A stretch of 64,000 bases of DNA from an uncultured Bacteroidota bacterium (GTDB taxonomy: Bacteria; Bacteroidota; Bacteroidia; Bacteroidales; P3): positions 40,112 to 104,111 of the forward strand of contig CACZWL010000006.1 in the NCBI GenBank assembly GCA_902784865.1, given 5' to 3'. The position numbers and the translations under genes were made by a program. The notes beneath the pieces are model-generated. The model did no database searches, was not told where the DNA came from, and worked only from the letters and a program-made list of their open reading frames with translations. Positions 56,533 through 64,000 of this stretch are shown in pieces; position 1 is the stretch's first letter; every line of letters begins with the position of its first letter.

Positions 56533-56540
56533 TATCTTTA
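56533..56540 (+). promoter_or_regulatory. Near-consensus -7 box (TATCTTTA) for the island-2 genes
   Basis: One mismatch to TAnnTTTG, 19 nt upstream of the ATG at 56560. Confidence 0.3.
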
Positions 56541-56559
56541 GTCTCGCATAATTACGAAT

Positions 56560-56763
56560 ATGAGTAACACAAAATGTATAAATACTATTGAAGGTTATCA
56601 CTTCACTGATATTGATCCAGGGACTACTGCAGGCAGTATGCAAAGTGCCAGATGTAAAAGGCAGAAACTATACGTCATAGAGGCTGCAAGAGCACTTGAA
56701 CATAGAAAGAAACTTATAGATAATGGTAATAAAAATCACATTTTAAAAAGAGATTGGTTTTAA
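56560..56763 (+). CDS. Small hydrophilic hypothetical protein (67 aa)
   Basis: ATG-started ORF in the AT-rich islet. Its stop is 2 nt before the next gene's ATG. No TM segment and no recognisable motif. Confidence 0.4.
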   Translation: MSNTKCINTIEGYHFTDIDPGTTAGSMQSARCKRQKLYVIEAARALEHRKKLIDNGNKNHILKRDWF

Positions 56764-56765
56764 TT

Positions 56766-57896
56766 ATGAAACTTGAAAGCTATCAACGAATAGTAGAGTT
56801 AAATCTAGATGGAACTAAACGTAAATATGTCAAAACTCCAGCTTTTGGCTATCCTGGTTTTTTTGAAGTATTTCCTTATATTGAAGAAAAGCGAGAAGAA
56901 GCTGAAAATGGTAGAAGTCTAGACGAACCGCCTATATTTATAAATACAAGACATCCTAATAATCACGATATTAGCAAATATGGTCCTGTTATTGAAAAAG
57001 AAACTGTTAGTGATTTAGAGCAAAAACTTTATGAAAGTTCTAGATTCCAAGACGGAACTAGAATGCAAGTTATATTTAATCCTAATGGTGTGAACGATAC
57101 TATTATTGGACAATACCCTTTGCCACCAAGACATATAAATCCTGATGTGTTTGTTGACGGAGATAGACATGCCACTTATGACTTACGAGGTAATCCTATG
57201 TGGCATCAAGGGGTTCCTGCACAAAAAGATGATAGAAACAAGAAAAAGAAAGGTGGCAGTACCGATTGGCCACCTAGACGCGTTATTCCATTTATGCCGC
57301 CTCCTATTGATGCTTCTTTGCAAAGTGTTGTTGGAATAAGAGACATTCCTAATGATGAGAAGAAAGCGTATGTACTGAATGATTGGAGAAAAGGAATACA
57401 TAATATGGAGAACGCAACCAATAAAGGACTTGTTGTTACTCCACAAAATGATTCTACATGGTATCCATACGATTCTTATGAAGGCGGAGCAAAGACTGTT
57501 TATGACGGTCTAAAACTAAATCCAGGAACTGATGCTGAAAGGATAATCAAAGAACAAGGTTATTTGACTAATTTTCAAGCAAAAGGGCTATTGTGGGATG
57601 CTCTGTCCGACCATTATGACAAAGCAAAGAAAACATATGAAGCCACAGTCGGAGATGGTTCATGGGACGAGTTAAGTATTGAAGAACAAAAAGTATTGGC
57701 GGATTATTCCTATACTGGAGTACTTCATGAATTTAAAAATTTTATGAGAGGTATAAAAAACAAAGATAGCGAAATAATAAGAAGAGAGTATAAACGTTAT
57801 ATTAATGGAAAACCGCTTAAATCACGTAACGATGAAACAAAAAAGCAATTGGAGCACATTATTGACTCTCATGGTTATAGGTCTCCTAATAAATAA
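56766..57896 (+). CDS. Signal-less protein with a C-terminal GH24 (phage/T4-type) lysozyme-like domain
   Basis: 376 aa. YEGGAKTVYDG (E-x7-Y-D spacing resembles the lysozyme catalytic region), LTNFQAKGLLWDAL, LSIEEQKVLADYSYTG and GKPLKSRNDETKKQL. The N-terminal 230 aa or so are unassigned. Confidence 0.65.
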   Translation: MKLESYQRIVELNLDGTKRKYVKTPAFGYPGFFEVFPYIEEKREEAENGRSLDEPPIFINTRHPNNHDISKYGPVIEKETVSDLEQKLYESSRFQDGTRMQVIFNPNGVNDTIIGQYPLPPRHINPDVFVDGDRHATYDLRGNPMWHQGVPAQKDDRNKKKKGGSTDWPPRRVIPFMPPPIDASLQSVVGIRDIPNDEKKAYVLNDWRKGIHNMENATNKGLVVTPQNDSTWYPYDSYEGGAKTVYDGLKLNPGTDAERIIKEQGYLTNFQAKGLLWDALSDHYDKAKKTYEATVGDGSWDELSIEEQKVLADYSYTGVLHEFKNFMRGIKNKDSEIIRREYKRYINGKPLKSRNDETKKQLEHIIDSHGYRSPNK

Positions 57897-58242
57897 TGGT
57901 TGTGCTAATATAGAAAACAAAGACAACGTAAATGATACTATCTGCGATGCTACTGACAATTTCGCAACAGAAGATAGCAGTTTATATGGTGTGACATCCC
58001 GAATGTTAGATAGTGCCTACCGTAAATACACAATCAATATGACGTTTGTTCAACCTGCTTTACTAAAGTCTGTGAATAATGATAATAAAGAAGAAGCGTT
58101 GATGTATATGGCTAAGATTGATAGTTTATATGATGAAATGGCCGGATTTGTCAATGAGATATTGCTTATGTGGGCATACAGACCTATCGAAACATCAAAC
58201 ATAAATGAATATCTTGGTAGGGAAAATAGATATTATGATTAA
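57832..58242 (+). CDS. Lipoprotein, candidate immunity protein
   Basis: Start MKQKSNWSTLLTLMVIGLLINNGC (lipobox-like). Overlaps the 3' end of the lysozyme-like gene by 65 nt. Confidence 0.55.
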   Translation: MKQKSNWSTLLTLMVIGLLINNGCANIENKDNVNDTICDATDNFATEDSSLYGVTSRMLDSAYRKYTINMTFVQPALLKSVNNDNKEEALMYMAKIDSLYDEMAGFVNEILLMWAYRPIETSNINEYLGRENRYYD

Positions 58243-58269
58243 CCAACACAAGTTTGCCCATAAAGAAGA

Positions 58270-58662
58270 ATGACACCTAATAAAAACATGAAACATATTC
58301 ACGGTATTGTCGCCACTATACTTTTGTTTGTCAGCTGTAGCATAAAAACTGATATTGAAGAAGATTCTATTCCCAATAGTTATGGTATAGACGAACATGA
58401 TATTTCTTCAATTGAGGTTTATGAGAAAACAGGCATTATTCTAGGATAGACAGAATCTTTTCATATAGATGATGATGGAGATACCATTTTTCCCCACCTA
58501 ATACAACAATATAACGAAGAGAGTACTTTATCTCTTTGGTATTGGGAAGATGAAAATGGTGATAGATGGGATTCTGTGTATTATTCTGTGGATGAAAATG
58601 GTTCCTTCTACGATATTGATTCTGCTACAATTGACACCATTCATAGGGTGAAGTTTAATTGA
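58270..58662 (+). pseudogene. Lipoprotein gene interrupted by an in-frame TAG
   Basis: MTPNKNMKHIHGIVATILLFVSCS... runs to TAG at 58447-58449. The same frame then stays open (TESFHIDDDGDTIF...IHRVKFN) to TGA at 58660-58662. Confidence 0.5.
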
Positions 58663-58856
58663 ACTATAGCACGCCCATAAAGAAGAACAACAATAAACAA
58701 CAATTAAAACAAACAAAATTATGATACGTTATAATGCTAATTTCCCTCAACAAAGAGTTGGGGCAGGTGTTAAGAACAAACCTGAATGACAAGAGAATCG
58801 CCTGGACTATGTCATCGATGCCAGCCTTTGCCTGCCGCGAAGGTTGGGGGAATGGT

Positions 58857-58913
58857 AGGGGAACGGTAGGGGCTCTCCAGGGGGAATACTTCGGCCTCGT
58901 CCGCGATTGTCCG
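58857..58913. repeat. Right copy of the imperfect direct repeat bracketing island 2
   Basis: aggggaacggtaggggctctccagggggaatacttcggcctcgtccgcgattgtccg. It keeps only the left arm of the terminator palindrome present in the left copy. Confidence 0.75.
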
Positions 58914-59013
58914 ACCCACCACCGCCACCCCCACCACTCTTATGCAAGGCTCTCTGAACGAACACATTGCAACAAAACCCTGAAAAAAAACACCCACTTC
59001 TCAAAAAAAGTCG

Positions 59014-59021
59014 TATCTTTG
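59014..59021 (+). promoter_or_regulatory. -7 promoter box (TATCTTTG) for the WG-repeat gene
   Basis: Matches TAnnTTTG, 28 nt upstream of the ATG at 59049. Confidence 0.45.
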
Positions 59022-59048
59022 CACCCTGAATTGAAACACCACCGCAAA

Positions 59049-60401
59049 ATGAAACGCACCGCTATACTCCTCCTTGCCACGCTCCTTGCCGCAGGGCTTA
59101 CAAATGCACAAACGCTTGCCTACGAGAGTTCTACGCAGAAATTCGGATACAAAGGCAACAACGGCAACTGGGTCATCAACCCACGCTTTCAGCGCGCCAG
59201 CGAATTCGAAGGCGCCGCCCGAAAATGGGCCCTCGTCAAACTCGACGACCGCTGGGGCGTCATCGACATCGACGGCAACCTCATCTGCCGCAACGTCTTC
59301 CATGAACGCGACGTGGCACGCCAGGCCGCCCAGGAATGGGAGGCCATGAGCGAACCCGGCAAGTGGGTCTACCCCACCCGCAACCCCGCCGACGGCCGCT
59401 GGGGCTTCGTCGACTACTACGGCCGCTGGAAATTCCAGCCCGTCTACGAAGCCGCCAACGTCCACCAAGGTCGCGACCCGAAAAGCTACGCCGCCGTGAA
59501 AAAAGACGGTCGCTGGGGCTGCATCGACGGCCGCGGCGTGCTGGTCATCAACAACATATTCCTTCGCTCCGAAGAAGCCGAGGAAGCCGGCGCCCAATGG
59601 GCCATGGGCCGCAACTACTACAAGTGGCGCCGCGCCGCCACCAACCCCCAGACCGGACTTTGGGGCTTCGTCGACTACCTGGGCCGCTGGGCCGTCCAAC
59701 CCCTATACAGCGAAGTGCTACCCTTCGGCAACGACAACCTCTACGAATACACCCAGGTGAAGCAGGAAGGCCGCTGGGGCAACCTCAACCGCAGCGGCGA
59801 AATCATCACCACACCCATCTTCTTCACCGCCGACCAGGCCGCCTACGCCCTGCGCCAATACGAACACGGCCGCGCCCTCGAAGCCTGGCGCTTCCCCGTC
59901 TCCAACCCCGCCGACGGCAAATGGGGCTGGGTTGACTGGAGCGGCGAATGGCGCATACAGCCACAGTTCGACGATGCCACTCACTTCGCCAACGACACCG
60001 GCCTCTTCGCCACCGCCAAATACGACGGCTACTGGATGGTCATCGGCGACACCGGCGAGTTCCTCTCGCGCAACGTCTTCACCCTCAGTTCCGAAGCCTG
60101 GAACGCCGGCAACGAGTGGGATACCGGCCAAGAACTCGGACACTGGCTCTACCCCATCATGGACCCCGGCACTCAGGCCTGGGGCTATGTCGACTACCGC
60201 GGCCAGTGGGTCATCAAACCCACCCTCGAGGACGCCAAGCTATTCTCCTACGTCTGGAACGACCGCGTGGCTCCCGCCAAGATGGACGGCAAGTGGGGCT
60301 GCATCGACCACACCGGCCAGTTCGTCGTCAAGAACATCTACCATACCTCCGCCGACGCCTTCATCGCCGGCCGACGCTGGGCCGAAGGAAAGAGATTCTA
60401 G
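59049..60401 (+). CDS. WG-repeat (KWG-like beta-propeller repeat) secreted protein
   Basis: Start MKRTAILLLATLLAAGLTNAQ. About ten repeats of the ...GRWGFVDY.G.W.I.P.F... pattern. The upstream ORF extension is rejected. Confidence 0.8.
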   Translation: MKRTAILLLATLLAAGLTNAQTLAYESSTQKFGYKGNNGNWVINPRFQRASEFEGAARKWALVKLDDRWGVIDIDGNLICRNVFHERDVARQAAQEWEAMSEPGKWVYPTRNPADGRWGFVDYYGRWKFQPVYEAANVHQGRDPKSYAAVKKDGRWGCIDGRGVLVINNIFLRSEEAEEAGAQWAMGRNYYKWRRAATNPQTGLWGFVDYLGRWAVQPLYSEVLPFGNDNLYEYTQVKQEGRWGNLNRSGEIITTPIFFTADQAAYALRQYEHGRALEAWRFPVSNPADGKWGWVDWSGEWRIQPQFDDATHFANDTGLFATAKYDGYWMVIGDTGEFLSRNVFTLSSEAWNAGNEWDTGQELGHWLYPIMDPGTQAWGYVDYRGQWVIKPTLEDAKLFSYVWNDRVAPAKMDGKWGCIDHTGQFVVKNIYHTSADAFIAGRRWAEGKRF

Positions 60402-60422
60402 CACCGAAAAGCAAAACTCCCA

Positions 60423-61829
60423 ATGTCGAAGACACTCATCCATAATGCGACCATCGTAAACGAGGGTCGCATCTTTGTCGGTTCGGTTGCCATCGAAGGC
60501 GACAAAATCACCAATATTCATGAAGGATCGGATTATTCAGACTATTCTGGATATTCCGAAATCAGAGATGCCAGCGGAATGCTGCTCCTGCCGGGGGTGA
60601 TCGACACGCATGTCCACTTCCGCGACGGGGGCAACAGCGAGAATCCCGCCGGGACCTTCTACAGCGAAAGCCGCGCGGCACGCGCCGGAGGCGTCACGTC
60701 AGTGGTCGACATGCCCAACACCAACCCGCAGACCACCACCCTCGAGGCCCTCGAGGCCAAGGAATCCCTGGCCGCACGCGACTCCGCCGTCAACTACGGC
60801 TTCATGCTCGGCGCCACCAACGACAACATCGACGCGCTCCTCGCCATCGACCCCACGCGCTATGCCGCCATCAAGCTCTTCCTCGGATCCTCCACCGGCA
60901 ACATGCTGGTAAACAACGCCGAGCAGCTCGACCGCCTCTTCCGCGACGCCCGCAAGCTCATCGTGGCCCACTGCGAGCAGGAGGATGTCGTCCAATCCAA
61001 CCTGAGAAACTACAAGCTTGAATACCAGGGCACTGCCGGCGAGACCGCAGCCCTGCACCCCAAGGTGCGCAACAACGAGGCATGCTTCCTCGCCTCCTAC
61101 CACGCCATCGAGCGCGCTCGCCGCTACGGCACACGCCTTCACGTGGCCCACCTCTCCACCGCCACCGAACTCTCGCTGCTCTCCAATTTCGACCTCGACC
61201 GCAAGAACATCACCGCCGAGGTGACCCCCAACCACTTGTGGTTCGACGACCGCGACTACGAGCAACTGGGCAACCTCATCAAGTGCAACCCCGCCATCAA
61301 GACGGCCGACGACCGCCTGGCCCTCTGGGCAGCCCTCGAGGACGGCCTCATCGACACCATAGCCACCGACCACGCACCTCACCCCCTCGAGGCCAAGCAG
61401 CGCCCCTACTTCGACGCCCCCAGCGGCATACCCTCCATCCAGCACTCGCTGCAGATGATGCTGGAGATAGTGTTCAGCGAGCAGTGTTCAGTGAGCAGTG
61501 ATGCTACGCAGGACATTGCCAACCAACTGAACACTGAACACTTAACACTGAACACTGACTTGCTGACACTTGTCGTCAGCAAGATGTGCCACAACCCGGC
61601 CCTCCTCTTCGGCATCGAAGGGCGCGGATTCATTCGTCCGGGCTACAAAGCCGACCTCGTCCTGGTACGGCCGGGAGCGGAAGAGACCGTCACACGCGAA
61701 TCTTTATTATACAAATGCGGCTGGAGCCCCCTCGAGGGTATGACCTTCCACTCGCGCATCGAACACGTGTGGGTCAACGGCGACGACTCCGACGCGCCTG
61801 CCGCCGAGCAGCTGACTTTTTCCAAATAG
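60423..61829 (+). CDS. pyrC: Dihydroorotase-type cyclic amidohydrolase
   Basis: 468 aa. LLPGVIDTHVHFRDGG metal-binding motif, VAHCE and ATDHAPH. Carries two repeat-derived in-frame insertions. Confidence 0.8.
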   Translation: MSKTLIHNATIVNEGRIFVGSVAIEGDKITNIHEGSDYSDYSGYSEIRDASGMLLLPGVIDTHVHFRDGGNSENPAGTFYSESRAARAGGVTSVVDMPNTNPQTTTLEALEAKESLAARDSAVNYGFMLGATNDNIDALLAIDPTRYAAIKLFLGSSTGNMLVNNAEQLDRLFRDARKLIVAHCEQEDVVQSNLRNYKLEYQGTAGETAALHPKVRNNEACFLASYHAIERARRYGTRLHVAHLSTATELSLLSNFDLDRKNITAEVTPNHLWFDDRDYEQLGNLIKCNPAIKTADDRLALWAALEDGLIDTIATDHAPHPLEAKQRPYFDAPSGIPSIQHSLQMMLEIVFSEQCSVSSDATQDIANQLNTEHLTLNTDLLTLVVSKMCHNPALLFGIEGRGFIRPGYKADLVLVRPGAEETVTRESLLYKCGWSPLEGMTFHSRIEHVWVNGDDSDAPAAEQLTFSK

Positions 61830-61830
61830 A

Positions 61831-61909
61831 CTTTCCCCTATTTTCCCATCGATGGGAAAATAGGGGAAAGAGTCGAACTATTCACCTACCAGATACCTAC
61901 CATTCACCT
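61831..61909. repeat. Intergenic repeat, copy 3 (inverted orientation) with a perfect 40-bp palindrome
   Basis: ctttcccctattttcccatc|gatgggaaaataggggaaag (61831-61870), then agtcgaactattcacctaccagatacctaccattcaccta. Starts 2 nt after the pyrC stop. Confidence 0.85.
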
Positions 61910-61972
61910 AGAAGGGGGTGGTAAGTGCCGAGCGCTGGGCGGACAGCCCGCACAGGCCCTAAACACCTGACG

Positions 61973-62599
61973 CTAAAGCATGTACCCCAGTCCAACGAAC
62001 CAGGTGCGGGCTTTGACGCTGATGTCGTCGCTTTTGTCGAGGTCGAGCAGGCCCATGTTGTAGCCGCCATAGAAGCGGAAGTCGGTGAAGTTGAGGCTCA
62101 GACCGACGGTGAGCGACACGTCGAGGCGGTTCATCGGGCTGTTGTCGCCGTCATACCAGTCCTCACCGTCGCGGCTCACTTCAGTTTCCAAGATATCGCC
62201 CTCGTACTTCTTCTTGCCACTGATGCCATAGCTGAACGTGGGCCCGAAGAAGGGGGCGATGACAAAGTCGCGGCCGGCCTTCAGCGTATAGTTCAGCAGC
62301 AGCGGCACGTCCACCAGCCACTGCTGATATTTCACGGTGAACTTGGCCGACTCAGGACCACGCTCCTCGCTCTTGAAGTTGAAGCGCGCCTGGGCGCCTA
62401 TCGAAAGGTTGATGTTGCCGCTGAGGGTGGCGTTGTAGTTGAGCCCGGCAAAACCACCGTGGAACTCGGCTCTGTCGTCGCCGTCGTTAGGCGAGGCGAC
62501 GAGGGTCTGCGGGGCATAGCCCACATTGAGGCCCATGCGCTGGGCGTTGGCGGCGCCCACGGCCAGCAAGGCGAGGACTAATAGGGAGAGTTTTTTCAT
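61973..62599 (-). CDS. Outer-membrane beta-barrel (porin-family) protein
   Basis: 208 aa. Signal peptide MKKLSLLVLALLAVGAANAQ and C-terminal ...WFVGLGYML. Confidence 0.7.
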   Translation of the reverse strand: MKKLSLLVLALLAVGAANAQRMGLNVGYAPQTLVASPNDGDDRAEFHGGFAGLNYNATLSGNINLSIGAQARFNFKSEERGPESAKFTVKYQQWLVDVPLLLNYTLKAGRDFVIAPFFGPTFSYGISGKKKYEGDILETEVSRDGEDWYDGDNSPMNRLDVSLTVGLSLNFTDFRFYGGYNMGLLDLDKSDDISVKARTWFVGLGYML

Positions 62600-62614
62600 A
62601 TATTTTTTTAGTGA

Positions 62615-64000
62615 CTACTTCTCCAGACGGATACGTGCGTCGACGGCGGTGACGTAGCGCGGGTTGCCGAGCAGCGGGTTGAGGTCCATCTCGGCAATCT
62701 CGGGTGCGGCCTGCACCAGCGCGCTCACGCGGGCCACCTGGTCGGCATAGAGGTCGAGGTTCACGCCCTCCTGTCCGCGCACGCCTTCGAGAATCTTGTA
62801 TCCCTTGAGCTGCATGAGCATCTCCTTGGCTTCGGCAGCGGTGATGGGGGCCAGGGCGCTCTGCACGTCCTTCAGCACCTCGATGAAGATGCCGCCCAGG
62901 CCGAAGAATATCTGGTGGCCGAACTTCTCGTCGCGGATGGCGCCGATGTATACGTCGATACCGTCGAGCATGGGGTACATCTCCACGGCGTAGGTCTCGG
63001 GGATGACGATGAGGCGGTCGAACTCGCGGGCCACGGTGTCAAGGTCCTTCACGCCGAGGGTCACGCCGCCCACGTCGCTCTTATGCAGCGGGCCGACGAC
63101 CTTCATCACCAGGGGCACGTCCTTCGAGCAACCCACCTCCTTGGCAAAGGCCAGGGCGTCCTCCTTCTTGCTCACCTCGACGCTCTTCTTGCGGCTGATG
63201 CCGGCAGCGTCGAGCAGCTCGTTGTAGTCGCTGATTTCCATATAGCCGTCCTTGCAGCGGTCGATGGTCTTGCGGATGCGGGCCACGTCGATCTGCGGCT
63301 GCTCCACCTTCTCGGGCTGGGGCTTGGGGGTCTGGTACACCTTGCAGATGGCGTTGCCGAGTACGCACTCCTCGGGGAAGTTGATGCGGCCTTTGGCGAT
63401 GAACTCCTCGATTTCCTCTTTGACGTTGATGATGCTGGGCAGCACGGGGAAGATGGGCTTCTTGCAGGTCTTCATCTTCTCGTCGAGCAGAGCGTAGACC
63501 TCGCGGTTGGAGAAGAGTCCGGGCGAGCCGAAGATGACCACCGAGAAGTCGATGTCCTTGTAGTCGTTCTCGACGGCGTCGATGATATAGCCGAGCTGTT
63601 CGGCGGTACCGGTGGCCAGGAAGTCGATGGGATTACCCACGCTGGAACCTGCGAAGAGCTTCTCCAGCAGGGCGGGGCTGGCGGGGTGCTCCTTGAGGCT
63701 GGGCACCTCCATGCCACCGTTGCTCAACACGTCGGTCAGCATGACGGCGGGGCCGCCGGCATGGGTGATGACGGCGCAGCGCTTGCCCTTCAGCTCGGGG
63801 TGCATGAAGACGGCACAGACGGTGGTCAGCTCCTGACGATTCTGGCAGCGGACGATGCCGGCCTTGCGGAAGAGGGCGTCGACGGCGGCGTCGTTGGTGG
63901 CCAGGGCGCCAGTGTGGCTGCTGGCGGCGCGGCTGCCGGCGGCGGAGCCACCGCTCTTGATGGCGGCGATGTGGCACCCCTTGTTGATCAGGCTGCGGCT
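62615..64000 (-). CDS. ADP-forming acetyl-CoA synthetase / acetate-CoA ligase family protein (C-terminal part; continues beyond the window)
   Basis: The frame stays open upstream of the listed Met (…AAIKSGGSAAGSRAASSHTGALATNDAAVDALFRKAGIVRCQN…MHPELKGKRCAVITHAGGPAV…). An ATP-grasp-like C-terminal half follows. Confidence 0.85.
   Translation of the reverse strand, partial: SRSLINKGCHIAAIKSGGSAAGSRAASSHTGALATNDAAVDALFRKAGIVRCQNRQELTTVCAVFMHPELKGKRCAVITHAGGPAVMLTDVLSNGGMEVPSLKEHPASPALLEKLFAGSSVGNPIDFLATGTAEQLGYIIDAVENDYKDIDFSVVIFGSPGLFSNREVYALLDEKMKTCKKPIFPVLPSIINVKEEIEEFIAKGRINFPEECVLGNAICKVYQTPKPQPEKVEQPQIDVARIRKTIDRCKDGYMEISDYNELLDAAGISRKKSVEVSKKEDALAFAKEVGCSKDVPLVMKVVGPLHKSDVGGVTLGVKDLDTVAREFDRLIVIPETYAVEMYPMLDGIDVYIGAIRDEKFGHQIFFGLGGIFIEVLKDVQSALAPITAAEAKEMLMQLKGYKILEGVRGQEGVNLDLYADQVARVSALVQAAPEIAEMDLNPLLGNPRYVTAVDARIRLEK

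Noticed and set aside
56560-58690. An intact prophage or integrative element.
   Set aside because: There are no integrase, capsid, terminase or holin-like genes. Only a lysozyme-like gene and small lipoprotein genes are present. A lysis-cassette remnant remains an alternative and is noted in the finding.

Overview
The window is a G+C-rich Bacteroidota chromosome segment that looks Bacteroidales-like. Supporting this are a T9SS type-B cargo protein, a GldH-like lipoprotein, TAnnTTTG -7 promoter boxes and several near-leaderless starts. In this backbone the antisense strand carries long shadow ORFs, which is typical of high G+C.

Backbone genes:
- Housekeeping: topA, recG, uvrC, asd, nadE, coaD, mltG, pyrC, hemW, anmK, ridA and a tRNA with CAU anticodon.
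- Envelope: two GT2 glycosyltransferases, an LpxL-family acyltransferase, a GWxTD protein, beta-barrel OMPs, a SPOR protein and a WG-repeat protein.
- Anaerobic energy metabolism: rnfBCDGE, acyl-CoA dehydrogenase with etfBA, meaB, rubrerythrin and ADP-forming acetyl-CoA synthetase.

Two clearly AT-rich accessory islands interrupt the backbone.
- Island 1 (about 38.65-53.03 kb) has no integrase. It holds a DUF4143 ATPase, then a tightly packed five-gene operon, then a 23-codon AlbA_2 gene scar and a Bro-N/Fic gene. The five operon genes are a PLD-SNF2 helicase, an AlbA_2/HATPase-like/wHTH protein, an Eco57I-like N6-adenine methyltransferase, an ABC/SMC-like ATPase and a KAP NTPase. This operon fits no named R-M, BREX or DISARM architecture that I can recognise. 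It is the best candidate for an undescribed defence system.
- Island 2 (about 56.5-58.7 kb) is bracketed by imperfect direct repeats of about 55 bp. It encodes a signal-less protein with a GH24 lysozyme-like C-terminal domain, followed by lipoprotein genes. This looks like an effector-immunity module; a lysis-cassette remnant is the alternative.

The backbone also carries unusual short repeats:
- A GGTAGGT / ATCGAT-palindrome element at convergent gene ends.
- 7-bp-periodic AT-rich tracts and hairpins inserted in frame into housekeeping genes (mltG, pyrC, hemW, rhodanese).
- 9-bp tandem arrays that form the acd-etfB-etfA spacers.

All domain calls come from motifs read by eye in the translations. 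No database search or numerical computation was possible.
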